Shown here: positions 10,177 through 20,375 of the stretch, one piece after another
How the letters are laid out: every line of letters begins with the position of its first letter
Position numbering within the stretch: the first letter of the stretch is position 1
Sequence record: PZ445511.1
Source: a phage
Length of the DNA: 64,000 bases
Direction: 5' to 3' (one strand)
Program-made: the position numbers and the translations under genes
The notes under the pieces: model-generated
Database searches by the model: none
What the model saw: the letters and a program-made list of their open reading frames with translations, nothing else
What the model was told of the DNA's origin: nothing

Positions 10177-10431
10177 TTACGATTCTTTGAGCAAAGAAGC
10201 AAGTTCAGCATAGACTTTATCTAACTCAAAGCCAATGCGAAGAGACACACGAGTCTTCCGTTGTTTAAGTAACCATATGGAGACGTTAGGGATGCCAGCG
10301 AGACGAGGTGGTACAACCCTACATAGTTTCTCCGCAGTATCGTAAACAGAAGTTTTACGTTCTTTTACGGGAAACTTCCTTGTTTCCCACTTTTTATTCT
10401 TCACTATCATTTCTAGCTCCCAATTCAGCAA
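10177..10431 (-). CDS. Hypothetical protein
   Basis: 84-aa ORF. Confidence 0.4.
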   Translation of the reverse strand: MLNWELEMIVKNKKWETRKFPVKERKTSVYDTAEKLCRVVPPRLAGIPNVSIWLLKQRKTRVSLRIGFELDKVYAELASLLKES

Positions 10432-13306
10432 GAGCTTCCTCGTGCATCTGACGTTCTTCGTCTGTCATAAACTTAACTGGAATCGGCATACATTCGATCT
10501 TACAGTAAGTTCTGTACCAGTCCACAATCTTTTCCGTATCCAGATCTTTACCGATACCCATCATGCCAAGATACATACGAGCATATTTTGGGTTAGCACT
10601 CTGACCTGTCTTAAGGAAGAAATCCTTCTTCTTATTCTTAAGAGCTTCAATAAACGGTTTGATTGTTACGTTTGAACACTTCTTGATATCTTCCCAGAAC
10701 ATATCGTGCATCTTATGGAAAAATGCAGCTCGATCATTCGGTTTATCCTTGATATACTGTTCAACATGTTCCACTGTTACATCTTTAATAGAATCCAGAT
10801 GATAATAGCGAACCAGAAGTAACTTGGCTTCATATGCATCTGCATGACGTGGTGCGCAGTATTCAGGAGTTGAGTGCAAAATAGCTTTGATTCGCTCTTC
10901 TGTATACTCTTTGCCTGCACCTTCGATAGTTCCCCAGCTTTCACTGAAAATATCAATAGTTGCACCTTGATCGAGAAGATAATAACGCAAAGTACTGGTA
11001 TAGTTTCTAGATTCCAGCTCACGACGACGTGCGTACAGTTGCTGAGCTAACTCAATCCAACCCTCGTCAATATTATATTGCTCGGAACCCGCAGAGAATC
11101 CACTCGTAGATTTATCAATAAAATAATAAATGTTCTGAGCACCACGGTCGCGCCTGATTGCTTGGAAACGCATGTTTGGCGCTTGGTTTGAGGTTCTAGT
11201 GATTACGAATACGTTATCAAAATAGTTAAAGTCAACACCACTCGTTACAGATGGACTACATAACAAACAATCAATCTGTTGATCAATTAGCTCATTAGTT
11301 GTATAATCCAGAATACGTCGAATATCTACGTCTGATGTAGAGTTTGAGTGAATTTCTTTAACTAACGCACCAGTATTACGACGTAATGCCATTCCCTTTT
11401 CATTCAGTTCATCCGGTCCACAGTCAGATACTAGGATTGATTTCTCACCCATCTCTAGAGATGTTTGAAGTGCGACCCAAATACTGGATTCATCAGGGAA
11501 TTCATAAGCATGAGCTTTCGCCAGCATTTTACGGTGATGATTATAGAATGCAACTGGTTTATCAAAATCAATCAAAGAACCATAGGCTTCAATCGTTTCT
11601 GCACTGATATCACCATCAGATAAGATCACCGTTTTAGCAGTAATAAGAATATCGCGAAGGACCTGTATACATTCACGACGGTTTTTAACAACCGGAGCGA
11701 ATAACAGATCATTCATTACTGCGTCACATTCATCAATAAAGATCGTATCAATCTGACCCACAAAGCTCTTGAACTTATGGATAGAGTGAATAGTTGAAGA
11801 CATACGATCAATGGCACCACGTTTGAAGTTCAGCATATCAACTGACTTATCATACTGACCAGCACCGAATTTCTTCGCGTTTGAAGATACAAGTGCCCTA
11901 GTATTCGTGATTGCAATAAAGTTTCCTGGAAGAACACCTGCATCTAGCCACTTAGTTACTGCTGTGGTTTTACCTGTACCAAGACTTGCCTTAACAAATG
12001 TTAAATGTCCTTTTGGTGGTACAATGTTAATTTTCAGGTATGGAACTTCTGGCGGTGAATCTGTGTCCAGACGCTTTAGTGGTACACCTTTTAAGTTGGG
12101 TGGAATCTCACGTTTGGAGTTATTCACAAAGGCTTTTAGAGCCTGCTTACGACCGTTATTAAAGTAATCTTGAATATTACGACTATTATCTTTAGTTGCA
12201 ATATATTCAGATAAAGCTGGTTTAATCTCACGTTCTAACCACGTAAAGTCAACACCATCTTCTAACGCTCTGTGATAAAGTTTTGGGATAATACGCAGGT
12301 ACACCCCATCCTCAGCTTCTTCTAGTTCGCTGATGGTTTCTTCCACTTTATCAGATGCAGCTTTCTTGCCTTTAATTTGGTCAAGTAAGGAGTAGAATTC
12401 TTCTTTAAACTCACCTCTAGTTGTTTCAAAGTCAACTAGGTTATTGGGTAGATTCACTTTCGAACCCTTAACATACACAAGACGTGGTTTATTCTCCGCT
12501 TTAAACGGATCGACTATACCATCATCAAACAAGGGATCTGCGAAATAGTGAAGCTGAACAGAAGAATAATAAGCTAAGTCAGCAATATCAAAGCCATACT
12601 TTTGCTTACTACTGTCATTGATAGATGTAAATAAGAACTTTAACTGTCCCTGCGTTACCTTGACATTAGATTCTAGCATTAAGTGCATTCGGATACCTGG
12701 TTTTAATCCAGCCGAAGACGATGCATGGGCAATAAACCCTGCATCAAGAGGAAACATATCCTCACTAATACTATTCAACATCTTAATAATATGACGTGCC
12801 ATGCCAACAAGATTAAACTTGTCATAGCCACCAGTATCTACAATACCATCCACGTCCATAGCGATAATATGACTAGGATTGGATACGTTAAAGTTTCCTC
12901 TGGTACGACGCACATTATCTTTTGGAGCTAGACATTTACCACGAATAGCTACAATATGCGGGTCTTTGGTAAGACGACGCATGATAGGTAACATTTCAGC
13001 AAGGTTTTGCGGGTCAAGTTCTTCAAGTACATCAAATTTGAAGGGCATGGAAGCTGGTTTACCTTCTGGATGCTCTTTAGAGAATCGCTTTGCAAAGGTA
13101 TAATCTTCCACTTTGATCTCTTTCCAGATGCCAGTGGCTTTATCTCTGGAAAATCCTGCGTGACCTTGTAGGATTGAGAACACAACAATACTCCTATGTT
13201 GGTTATTCGAATATCTTTCTTTAGGACTATTCAAAAGAATAGAACAACTATTACTACCATTTACACAAACATTAATCATCATCAAGCAGTATGAATAAGT
13301 TATCAT
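10394..13306 (-). CDS. Large SF2 helicase-domain protein (possible replication-origin-binding / initiator helicase)
   Basis: 970 aa; Walker A ASLGTGKTT and DExD-like FIDECDAV; N-terminal approx 90 aa low complexity, so true start may be the internal Met at 13048. Confidence 0.6.
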   Translation of the reverse strand: MITYSYCLMMINVCVNGSNSCSILLNSPKERYSNNQHRSIVVFSILQGHAGFSRDKATGIWKEIKVEDYTFAKRFSKEHPEGKPASMPFKFDVLEELDPQNLAEMLPIMRRLTKDPHIVAIRGKCLAPKDNVRRTRGNFNVSNPSHIIAMDVDGIVDTGGYDKFNLVGMARHIIKMLNSISEDMFPLDAGFIAHASSSAGLKPGIRMHLMLESNVKVTQGQLKFLFTSINDSSKQKYGFDIADLAYYSSVQLHYFADPLFDDGIVDPFKAENKPRLVYVKGSKVNLPNNLVDFETTRGEFKEEFYSLLDQIKGKKAASDKVEETISELEEAEDGVYLRIIPKLYHRALEDGVDFTWLEREIKPALSEYIATKDNSRNIQDYFNNGRKQALKAFVNNSKREIPPNLKGVPLKRLDTDSPPEVPYLKINIVPPKGHLTFVKASLGTGKTTAVTKWLDAGVLPGNFIAITNTRALVSSNAKKFGAGQYDKSVDMLNFKRGAIDRMSSTIHSIHKFKSFVGQIDTIFIDECDAVMNDLLFAPVVKNRRECIQVLRDILITAKTVILSDGDISAETIEAYGSLIDFDKPVAFYNHHRKMLAKAHAYEFPDESSIWVALQTSLEMGEKSILVSDCGPDELNEKGMALRRNTGALVKEIHSNSTSDVDIRRILDYTTNELIDQQIDCLLCSPSVTSGVDFNYFDNVFVITRTSNQAPNMRFQAIRRDRGAQNIYYFIDKSTSGFSAGSEQYNIDEGWIELAQQLYARRRELESRNYTSTLRYYLLDQGATIDIFSESWGTIEGAGKEYTEERIKAILHSTPEYCAPRHADAYEAKLLLVRYYHLDSIKDVTVEHVEQYIKDKPNDRAAFFHKMHDMFWEDIKKCSNVTIKPFIEALKNKKKDFFLKTGQSANPKYARMYLGMMGIGKDLDTEKIVDWYRTYCKIECMPIPVKFMTDEERQMHEEALAELGARNDSEE

Positions 13307-13678
13307 ACCTCAGTGCTGCGCTCTCTTAACTCTTATCCAGATCAGAACCTAGGTCATTGGCCGCTAAGCCAATTCTGATTGCCCTCACTATCCTATTGGT
13401 AGGTGGCTACTGGACGTGTCACCATTCGCTGCTCTTTTCGTTCGCACCCCCATATAAAGCTCTGCCTATATAACGAGCTAAATATGCACGGTTTGGATTT
13501 ACCTTTCCGAATTCAGGGTACGCAGATCACTTAATTGATAATTAACTAATGCAGTATAAACACTAGTAATAGTTAAAACAACCCTTAATGGGGCAGCCTA
13601 ACTGTTCCGTATTGCGGACTGTAAACAAGAAAAATTAGCAAAATCAATTTTTACTAATGTCTCTCAATTCAATATAAA

Positions 13679-13707
13679 TATTATATCAAGATTTTGAGCA
13701 TCCTGCA
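13679..13707 (-). promoter_or_regulatory. Sigma70 promoter (minus strand) giving approx 365-nt leader before the 970-aa ORF
   Basis: Reverse complement ttgcag-17bp-tataat. Confidence 0.5.
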
Positions 13708-13799
13708 AGTAAAATTTTTCCGAAGGTGCTATCAGTGTCTTTGAGCACAGAGAAAACCGAGCCAAAATGACTCGGTAATCAGGATTGGGCTAACGAAAA

Positions 13800-14195
13800 T
13801 CAATCATCATTTAGACCTGGGACATAGATCCCAATGCGATTTAATTGACCTTTAGCTTCTTCGAGAATATCTTCGGTGTACTCCCAAATATCATCTTCTA
13901 CTTGCAAAAGATAAGGGGATTCACCAGTTTCGGGGTCACGTGTAATGGCTAAGCCACGTGGATGGAATATAGAGAAGTTGAGGGCAACAATCAAGCCCAT
14001 GCTGGACAATTCATTCCAGTCAGCTTCCCAACCATCATCTTCATCTTCGTCCACAAAGACACCTACACTAGGGTCTGTTACAGAAGTAAACGGAAATGTT
14101 ACACTAACCTTGTCAACCCCCAACCAACGTGCAAGGAGCCCCTCAGCACGCTCTACCAAACTAGGATCTATCTGACGCCAAAATACTTGTTCCAT
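13800..14195 (-). CDS. Hypothetical protein, paralog of adjacent 142-aa gene
   Basis: 131 aa; shares GLxxALN, acidic WExxWxEL and C-terminal G(Y/I)xxPGL blocks with neighbour. Confidence 0.55.
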   Translation of the reverse strand: MEQVFWRQIDPSLVERAEGLLARWLGVDKVSVTFPFTSVTDPSVGVFVDEDEDDGWEADWNELSSMGLIVALNFSIFHPRGLAITRDPETGESPYLLQVEDDIWEYTEDILEEAKGQLNRIGIYVPGLNDD

Positions 14196-14204
14196 TCTGC
14201 CTCC

Positions 14205-14633
14205 TTAAGCAGTTAAACCTGGGATCATATACCCGAAACGACGAAGTTTCTGAATCCCCTCATTTACTTCCTCGGGCGAATATGACCAGCCCTCACTTTC
14301 ATTTACCTGGAAAGCAGGAGCTTCACCAGTGCGATAATTTACAATAAGACGGTGATTTGCAGGCATAAACAGCTTATGGTTCAAGGCAAAAACCAGACCC
14401 ATTTCATCGAGTTCTTTCCAGTCTACAATCTCTTCTACTCCCTCCCCTAAATCCACGCTAACTCCAATACACGGAGCTTCCTCTAGTGGGCCTTTAAAAG
14501 ACAGGAAGATATCGTTATTCTCACACCAAATCTTAAGCAGATTGATGGTTTCATTGTACATACCATTAGGGAGAGAACGCCAGAAGTTGAGGAGCATAGG
14601 ATTTACCTCTTTCATGAAAATATTATTGAACAT
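14205..14633 (-). CDS. Hypothetical protein, paralog of adjacent 131-aa gene
   Basis: 142 aa; tandem duplicate pair. Confidence 0.55.
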   Translation of the reverse strand: MFNNIFMKEVNPMLLNFWRSLPNGMYNETINLLKIWCENNDIFLSFKGPLEEAPCIGVSVDLGEGVEEIVDWKELDEMGLVFALNHKLFMPANHRLIVNYRTGEAPAFQVNESEGWSYSPEEVNEGIQKLRRFGYMIPGLTA

Positions 14634-14635
14634 GC

Positions 14636-15176
14636 TTATACCTTAAGTTTCTGAAGAGCCTTACACATTTCAAGATCTGGACTAAATTCCAGCATATAGC
14701 TTATAGCATTTAAATCTTGAAGGTTTATTCCAGTCCTGCCATTTACAATAACAGTAGGAAATTGGTACATCATAGCACCAGCATCATCTAGGACACACCA
14801 ATGCTTGAGCTTATATTTTTTCGACGAAACGTAAAACAGAATTACCCCGAGATAAACCACCTCCAGTAAAATCTGTTGTACCAAGGAAACGATCGATCAA
14901 ACCGAGCCCGGTCATAATCTGAACGTTCTCCATCTCATTTCGTACAGAAAACCATGAAGATACCCCAACAATCATTATTGGGGATGGCTTAAGAAAGTTC
15001 TGAAAAGCCTGGAGTAATGGCTTGTAAACCCAATCACCACCAAAGAATAGCTTCTCACTATCTGGAGCATGATGGTGAGAGATGCTCGAATTGAGCACCC
15101 CATCAATATCCAGGAAAATCACAGGAGTATTACTTATTTCCACCAGTAGCATCCCACGTCCAGACTTTAACTTCAT
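14636..15176 (-). pseudogene. HAD-superfamily hydrolase-like gene split across two frames (frameshift near 14811-14896)
   Basis: N-terminal ORF carries HAD motif I FLDIDGVLN; downstream overlapping ORF in another frame carries K...VLDD (motifs III/IV). Confidence 0.45.
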
Positions 15177-15296
15177 CAGTAAAAGGAACTGGAACCTTCA
15201 ATTCACCCTTACCCCCACATAACAGATAGGAACAGAGAATAAATGGTAATCATACCGATTAGGTTGACAAACCGTACTAGACCTTTCCAGATACCC

Positions 15297-15479
15297 TTAA
15301 AAATCTTCTTCACCATATTCTCCCTCCTTAATAAGGAACTCTTTCCATTCTGCTGTATCCTCATAGATAACGCAGAAATCATCACTCTTCCATGAGAAGT
15401 CATCAGTAGCAAATTCAAAACGGTAGCACCAACTACCGTCTGGCCATACTAAAAGATCACACATGCTTTTCTGGGACAT
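15297..15479 (-). CDS. Hypothetical small protein
   Basis: 60-aa ORF from internal Met (MSQKS...), overlaps end of Sir2-like gene. Confidence 0.3.
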   Translation of the reverse strand: MSQKSMCDLLVWPDGSWCYRFEFATDDFSWKSDDFCVIYEDTAEWKEFLIKEGEYGEEDF

Positions 15480-16308
15480 AAATATTTCCCTCCATAAAAG
15501 CTTCAACTTGATCAATAAAGTGTTTATTACCAAAAACTTCGGCAGCTCCAGCACGCCATACAGTAACACCACGTTTCTCATATTCAAGCTGTTCATCATA
15601 GCGAACTTGAGGGTTAACAACCATCATCTTAGTTCCACGACATACAGCAGGGAATAGTTCCCAGTTGAAGTCAATCACTTGGTTGCTACAACCTACTACA
15701 ATAACCATATCATTGCTAGTAAGTGTATCAAACAGGTTAATCTGACCCATATACCACGGAGCCGTCTCACCAAAGAATGTTACGTTTGGTTTTACCCATT
15801 CGTAATCTTCAGGAACAATTGCAGTGTATCCAACATCTTCGATGATTTGATTGCGACCCCGACGATAGATCACCTCTTTCAAGTACCCGTGAGCGTGAAT
15901 GATTTCATCACGAGGGATACCAGCACGTTCCAGAAGGTCATCAACGTTAGTAGTGAAGTTCTTCACGCTATCCGCACCATAACGCTGGAACCATTCTGCA
16001 ATTCGCAGATGGGCAATGTTAGGCTCAACAGTCTGTAATTCCTGACGACGCATGTTGTAGAACTCATGAGTCTTGAGATACAGATCGTTACCCTCTTCAT
16101 CAATGCCAGGGAAACGAGCACTGAAGTAGTTAGGATCATCTTCACCACAGAAGCGACGGAAGCCAGCTTCAAAGTTAGGCAAGCTACATACTTCCTCTAG
16201 ATCGTACTCATCCCACAAAGATTTTCCACTAGCAGTATCAGTACGGAAAGCACGAACACCACTATCAACACTTAAACCAGCACCACTAACAATGATTAGT
16301 CTACGCAT
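15457..16308 (-). CDS. Sir2-family (sirtuin-like) NAD-dependent protein
   Basis: 283 aa; N-terminal GAGLSxxSGxxxFR sirtuin NAD-binding motif and HG catalytic motif; no CxxC zinc module. Confidence 0.6.
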   Translation of the reverse strand: MRRLIIVSGAGLSVDSGVRAFRTDTASGKSLWDEYDLEEVCSLPNFEAGFRRFCGEDDPNYFSARFPGIDEEGNDLYLKTHEFYNMRRQELQTVEPNIAHLRIAEWFQRYGADSVKNFTTNVDDLLERAGIPRDEIIHAHGYLKEVIYRRGRNQIIEDVGYTAIVPEDYEWVKPNVTFFGETAPWYMGQINLFDTLTSNDMVIVVGCSNQVIDFNWELFPAVCRGTKMMVVNPQVRYDEQLEYEKRGVTVWRAGAAEVFGNKHFIDQVEAFMEGNIYVPEKHV

Positions 16309-16502
16309 TATACGATTCCTTGCTTGAATCCTTCGATGATATTTTGGAGCAGAATTGCTTCTTCTGGGCGAACCTTCTCTTGCTTAATAAGCATATCCAA
16401 ACCAGCAATACAGGTAGCTACTCCAGCATTATACCCAGCATTCCACTGCTCCATGAGCATATTTTCTAAATTACTTTTTAGATTCTGATTCAAGAAGTCC
16501 AT
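16308..16502 (-). CDS. Hypothetical protein
   Basis: 65-aa ORF from Met with SD ggagg; stop overlaps Sir2-like start (TAATG). Confidence 0.4.
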   Translation of the reverse strand: MDFLNQNLKSNLENMLMEQWNAGYNAGVATCIAGLDMLIKQEKVRPEEAILLQNIIEGFKQGIV

Positions 16503-16674
16503 AAAGTTTTTCCTCCAATTCCATAATACGATTTTCGTAAGAAGCACGCAGCTTCTCGATGGACAAAGCACGAACTGTAACTTCATCTGAATTGATCGCT
16601 AGCTGAGCTAGATCTTCTGTTTCCATACGTCCGTTGTAAATTAAGCGATATTTAAGATGTTTTACGTTTTTCAT
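16471..16674 (-). CDS. Hypothetical protein
   Basis: 67-aa ORF. Confidence 0.4.
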   Translation of the reverse strand: MKNVKHLKYRLIYNGRMETEDLAQLAINSDEVTVRALSIEKLRASYENRIMELEEKLYGLLESESKK

Positions 16675-16683
16675 TCTTGTTCC

Positions 16684-16965
16684 TTAGTTCTGTACTGTAA
16701 ATTCATTCTTATCACAGTGAGCATAATAATACCCATACATACGATAAATTTTCACAGCCTTAGTAGACCCCTTCGATTCTTCATAATCAATCCAGAGCCA
16801 CTTGTCTTTACCTACATAATGTACCCGAAACTTCTTAACTTTCTTATCATTCCATGTTGCAACAACACGACGATAATCAAATCCGCCCAACCAATCTAGA
16901 GCCTTACGTTCTTCACTAGGCTCTCCAAGATGGGAAACATCTACTTTCGGAAGCAATTCGCTCAT
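16684..16965 (-). CDS. Hypothetical protein
   Basis: 93-aa ORF directly downstream of minus-strand promoter. Confidence 0.5.
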   Translation of the reverse strand: MSELLPKVDVSHLGEPSEERKALDWLGGFDYRRVVATWNDKKVKKFRVHYVGKDKWLWIDYEESKGSTKAVKIYRMYGYYYAHCDKNEFTVQN

Positions 16966-16993
16966 AGCTTTCTCCTCTCAAATTTATAAATCA

Positions 16994-17022
16994 ATTATAC
17001 ATAAGTTTTAGCTCGAAAGCAA
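16994..17022 (-). promoter_or_regulatory. Sigma70 promoter (minus strand)
   Basis: Reverse complement ttgctt-17bp-tataat plus tgatttataaatttgagag leader. Confidence 0.55.
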
Positions 17023-17025
17023 ATA

Positions 17026-17058
17026 AAATAAAAGCCAGGTCGACTAGCAACCTGGCTG
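17026..17058 (-). terminator. Rho-independent terminator after nrdD
   Basis: Minus transcript hairpin agccaggt...acctggct followed by UUUUAUUUU. Confidence 0.6.
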
Positions 17059-17063
17059 ATTCA

Positions 17064-18938
17064 TTATTTAGCGCGAATGTCTTGATGTTTCACTCGACCC
17101 ATAACCTCATGTTGTTTACCTGGGTTAAACGGACGAGCACCTGGATTTCCAAGATATCCACAAACTCGACGAGTTACCTCAAGAGTCTCAGGATCATGAT
17201 TGCCACAAATTGGGCATTTGAAACCATCCTCAGAAGCTATAGTTTCACCCAAGAACCCACATTCCCCACAAGAGTCTACTGGAGTATTAATACCGAAGTA
17301 ATGAACTTTACTTGCAGCATAGTTAATAACCCATTCCAGTGCATCAGGGAATCGTTTCATATCAGGCAATTCCACATAGGAAATGCACCCACCAGAAGCA
17401 ATTGGGGTAAAGTTAGACTCATAATCGAACTTCACGTTCGGAGCAACCTTACGCTCCACATCAAGGTGATGAGAGTTAGTGTAATATCCTTTAACCAGAA
17501 TATCTTCATGCTCTGGGAAATACTCACGATCTAGACGACAGAAGCGATCACATAGAGATTCAGATGGTGTAGCATACAGACTATACCCTAATTGAGTCTC
17601 TTCCTTCTTCTGATCAGCACGATCACGCATGTATTGTAGCACACGTTGAACGAACTTGATACAGGATTCAGACATTGTATCTACATCTTTACCAAACATG
17701 AACTGTAACATTTCGTGGCAGCCAATATATCCTAGAGATACAGAAGCACGCTTGTAGAAATGATCAAATACATATTCATCTGGCCCCAGACGTAATCCAA
17801 AGGCTCCTGACATATAGAGGATGGGCGCAGCTTTAGCTTGAATGTACTTTAAGCGATCAACCCTCCACTCCAATGCTTTTAACGCGGTATCCACACGCAG
17901 CTCAAGCAGATCGAAGAATAGATCAATATTACCTTCCGCTTCGATAGCAATTCGAGGTAGGTTTACAGAAACAACGCCTAAGTTGTTACGACCAGAAGTT
18001 TCACCATCTTCCGCAGCAGCCAGGAATGAACGACAGCCCATAGAGACTTTGTAGTCTCCCGTAACTTCTACAACCTTATCATAACTGATGTAGTCAGGAT
18101 ACATACGTTCAGCAGTACATTTCATAGCTAACTTCTTGATATCATAGTTAACATCACCAGGTTTCATGTTTACGCCATCACGCAAAACAAATACCAGTTT
18201 AGGGAAGATAGCTGTACGTTTATTGATACCCAAACCATCCATACGCACTTCTAGGATTGCTTTCTGTACAAGACGTGCTTCCCAAGAAGTTCCTAGACCA
18301 AACCCAAAGGTAATAAACGGACTTTGACCATTAGAGTTGAACATCGTATTGATTTCATACTCCAGGCCCTGACAGGCATCGTAAACTTCTTTCTCAGTCA
18401 TTTCCGTAGCCATTACAGATGCTTTAGCTTCATCCTTAGTCCAACGCTTTGCAAACGCATGATTCTTATCATAAGACTTACGAACATAAGGAGCCAATAC
18501 TTCATCTAATCGGTCTACAGAAGTACCCCCATATTGATGTGAACTAACCTGAGTGATAATCTGAGCTGTGATAGCAGCCGCAGTAGTAATAGAGTTTGGT
18601 GTACTGATTTCAGCATTACCAACCTTCATACCATTCTTCAACATATCTTCCAAAGCAACCAGGCAACAGTTAGTCATACCTAACGCAGCGTAATCAGCAT
18701 CATGGAAGTGAATATCACCAATCATGTGAGCATTTCGAATCTGGATTGGCATTTCTTCCAGAATCAGATGTTTACTCAATTCCCCTGCAAGCATGTCCCT
18801 TTGTGTAGGGAAACGTTCGCTTGGTTTGTTCGCATTATTAAAGAGTAGCTCTTCATCTGCTGATCCTTCGATAATTTCTTTGCAGTTTCGAATTAAGGAC
18901 TGCACTCCTTTATACTTTAGTTCTTCATTGAGATTCAT
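17064..18938 (-). CDS. nrdD: Anaerobic ribonucleoside-triphosphate reductase (class III RNR)
   Basis: 624 aa; C-terminal glycyl-radical motif RVCGYLG and Cys-rich zinc ribbon CGECG...CPICG; strong SD AAGGAGG. Confidence 0.9.
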   Translation of the reverse strand: MNLNEELKYKGVQSLIRNCKEIIEGSADEELLFNNANKPSERFPTQRDMLAGELSKHLILEEMPIQIRNAHMIGDIHFHDADYAALGMTNCCLVALEDMLKNGMKVGNAEISTPNSITTAAAITAQIITQVSSHQYGGTSVDRLDEVLAPYVRKSYDKNHAFAKRWTKDEAKASVMATEMTEKEVYDACQGLEYEINTMFNSNGQSPFITFGFGLGTSWEARLVQKAILEVRMDGLGINKRTAIFPKLVFVLRDGVNMKPGDVNYDIKKLAMKCTAERMYPDYISYDKVVEVTGDYKVSMGCRSFLAAAEDGETSGRNNLGVVSVNLPRIAIEAEGNIDLFFDLLELRVDTALKALEWRVDRLKYIQAKAAPILYMSGAFGLRLGPDEYVFDHFYKRASVSLGYIGCHEMLQFMFGKDVDTMSESCIKFVQRVLQYMRDRADQKKEETQLGYSLYATPSESLCDRFCRLDREYFPEHEDILVKGYYTNSHHLDVERKVAPNVKFDYESNFTPIASGGCISYVELPDMKRFPDALEWVINYAASKVHYFGINTPVDSCGECGFLGETIASEDGFKCPICGNHDPETLEVTRRVCGYLGNPGARPFNPGKQHEVMGRVKHQDIRAK

Positions 18939-18967
18939 TACACCCTCCTTCTCTAATTAAGACTACT

Positions 18968-18996
18968 ATTATAACTCATTCGAAGGCGGATGTCAA
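18968..18996 (-). promoter_or_regulatory. Consensus sigma70 promoter for nrdD
   Basis: Reverse complement is exact ttgaca-17bp-tataat. Confidence 0.65.
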
Positions 18997-19188
18997 CAAT
19001 ATTTTACCATAAAGTTCTGTAACATGATCTGAGTCAAAAAATTTTATTTGCCAACCTCTATTAAAAATAGTATAATCACACGCCCGTGTACGCGATATAA
19101 AATGATTATCTAGTACCATACATCTCCCAATAAAAGCAAGTAAATTTTTTATTTAAAAGCAATATCATGGGTTTATTTAAAATTATAC

Positions 19189-19217
19189 TTGCTTTTTGCT
19201 GTAAACCTTGTTATAAT
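19189..19217 (+). promoter_or_regulatory. Sigma70 promoter for phoH operon
   Basis: ttgctt-17bp-tataat with A/T-rich upstream region. Confidence 0.6.
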
Positions 19218-19293
19218 ATATTTGTAAGTTGATAAACAAGATCTCTTTGTTGATCCTCTGTTAGAAGCGAAGTACACTATAGGAGTGTTATTT

Positions 19294-20046
19294 ATGGGAA
19301 AAGCACGTCAAAAAAGAGAGAACCGCAATGGTTCAAGAAAGCGTGGCAACAAGTATGAGAGTAACGTAATTCAAGCAGATTTCTCTGGTGATTACGCCAA
19401 TCCAGTTGCTAAATCCCTAGTTGGTAAAAACCGTGAGCAAAAATCATATATCAATATGATCAAGAACAACACAGTGACTGTGGGTATTGGTGAACCAGGT
19501 ACTGGTAAAACCTTTATTCCGTCCGTTCTTGCAGCTCAGGAACTCGTAGACATTCACTCAGATATTGAGCAAGTGATCCTCGTGCGTCCGAACGAACCTC
19601 TAGGTAAATCTCTTGGTATGCTCCCAGGTGATCTGGCAGAAAAGCTAGAGCCTTGGTTGGAACCAATAGCCGATGGCATGAAATGGGCAATCGGTGATCA
19701 CGCCTACAAAGGATATGTCGAACGTCAGAAAATTAAATTCCTGGCTATCGAACATGCCCGTGGCCGAACTTTCAACAACTCCTATGTAATTGTCGATGAA
19801 GCTCAGAATATCTCCGTTGAAGCAATGATCTGTCTCCTGACTCGTGTAGGACAAGATTGTCGTTTAATTATCTGTGGGGATATAGCGCAGAAAGACATCA
19901 AGGGTGATTCAGGTCTAGCACTTCTTATGGAAGTCTATGAGAAGTATGAAAACTCTCCTTTCTCTATGATCGAACTGATCGACAACGTTCGCTCACCAGA
20001 GTCTAAAGCATTCTACGATATCTTTAAGGATATGGGGAAGGTGTAA
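19294..20046 (+). CDS. phoH: PhoH-like ATPase
   Basis: P-loop GEPGTGKTF and DEAQN motif; start set to ATG 8 nt after aggag (track GTG start overlaps the RBS). Confidence 0.85.
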   Translation: MGKARQKRENRNGSRKRGNKYESNVIQADFSGDYANPVAKSLVGKNREQKSYINMIKNNTVTVGIGEPGTGKTFIPSVLAAQELVDIHSDIEQVILVRPNEPLGKSLGMLPGDLAEKLEPWLEPIADGMKWAIGDHAYKGYVERQKIKFLAIEHARGRTFNNSYVIVDEAQNISVEAMICLLTRVGQDCRLIICGDIAQKDIKGDSGLALLMEVYEKYENSPFSMIELIDNVRSPESKAFYDIFKDMGKV

Positions 20047-20047
20047 T

Positions 20048-20290
20048 ATGGGAAACGTCGTACATCTGCACCGCAAAACTAAGATTCACCGTACTTCACT
20101 GAGTGCTGCTAATATGATTACACGTAAGGAAGGGGAAGAAAGTCCTAAGACTACCCTAGCGTGGAAAATTGTAGCCTCTAATCCAAATCGGCCTTTTAAT
20201 TATAACGAATTGAGTACTTCTATAGACATTCTTATGGCTAAGGAAATACGACAGAAACTAACTGATATGACCGATAAACTTAAATGGTAA
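20048..20290 (+). CDS. Hypothetical protein
   Basis: 80-aa ORF translationally coupled to phoH. Confidence 0.5.
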   Translation: MGNVVHLHRKTKIHRTSLSAANMITRKEGEESPKTTLAWKIVASNPNRPFNYNELSTSIDILMAKEIRQKLTDMTDKLKW

Positions 20291-20297
20291 GACAGAC

Positions 20298-20330
20298 GAG
20301 CCTGGGTATGAAAATATCCGGGCTCTTTTT
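20298..20330 (+). terminator. Rho-independent terminator
   Basis: gagcc...ggctc hairpin followed by TTTTT. Confidence 0.6.
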
Positions 20331-20346
20331 ATCTGTAAAATTGTAC

Positions 20347-20375
20347 TTGCAAAATGACCCAAAACAAAGTAGAAT
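20347..20375 (+). promoter_or_regulatory. Sigma70 promoter for nrdA
   Basis: ttgcaa-17bp-tagaat. Confidence 0.5.
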
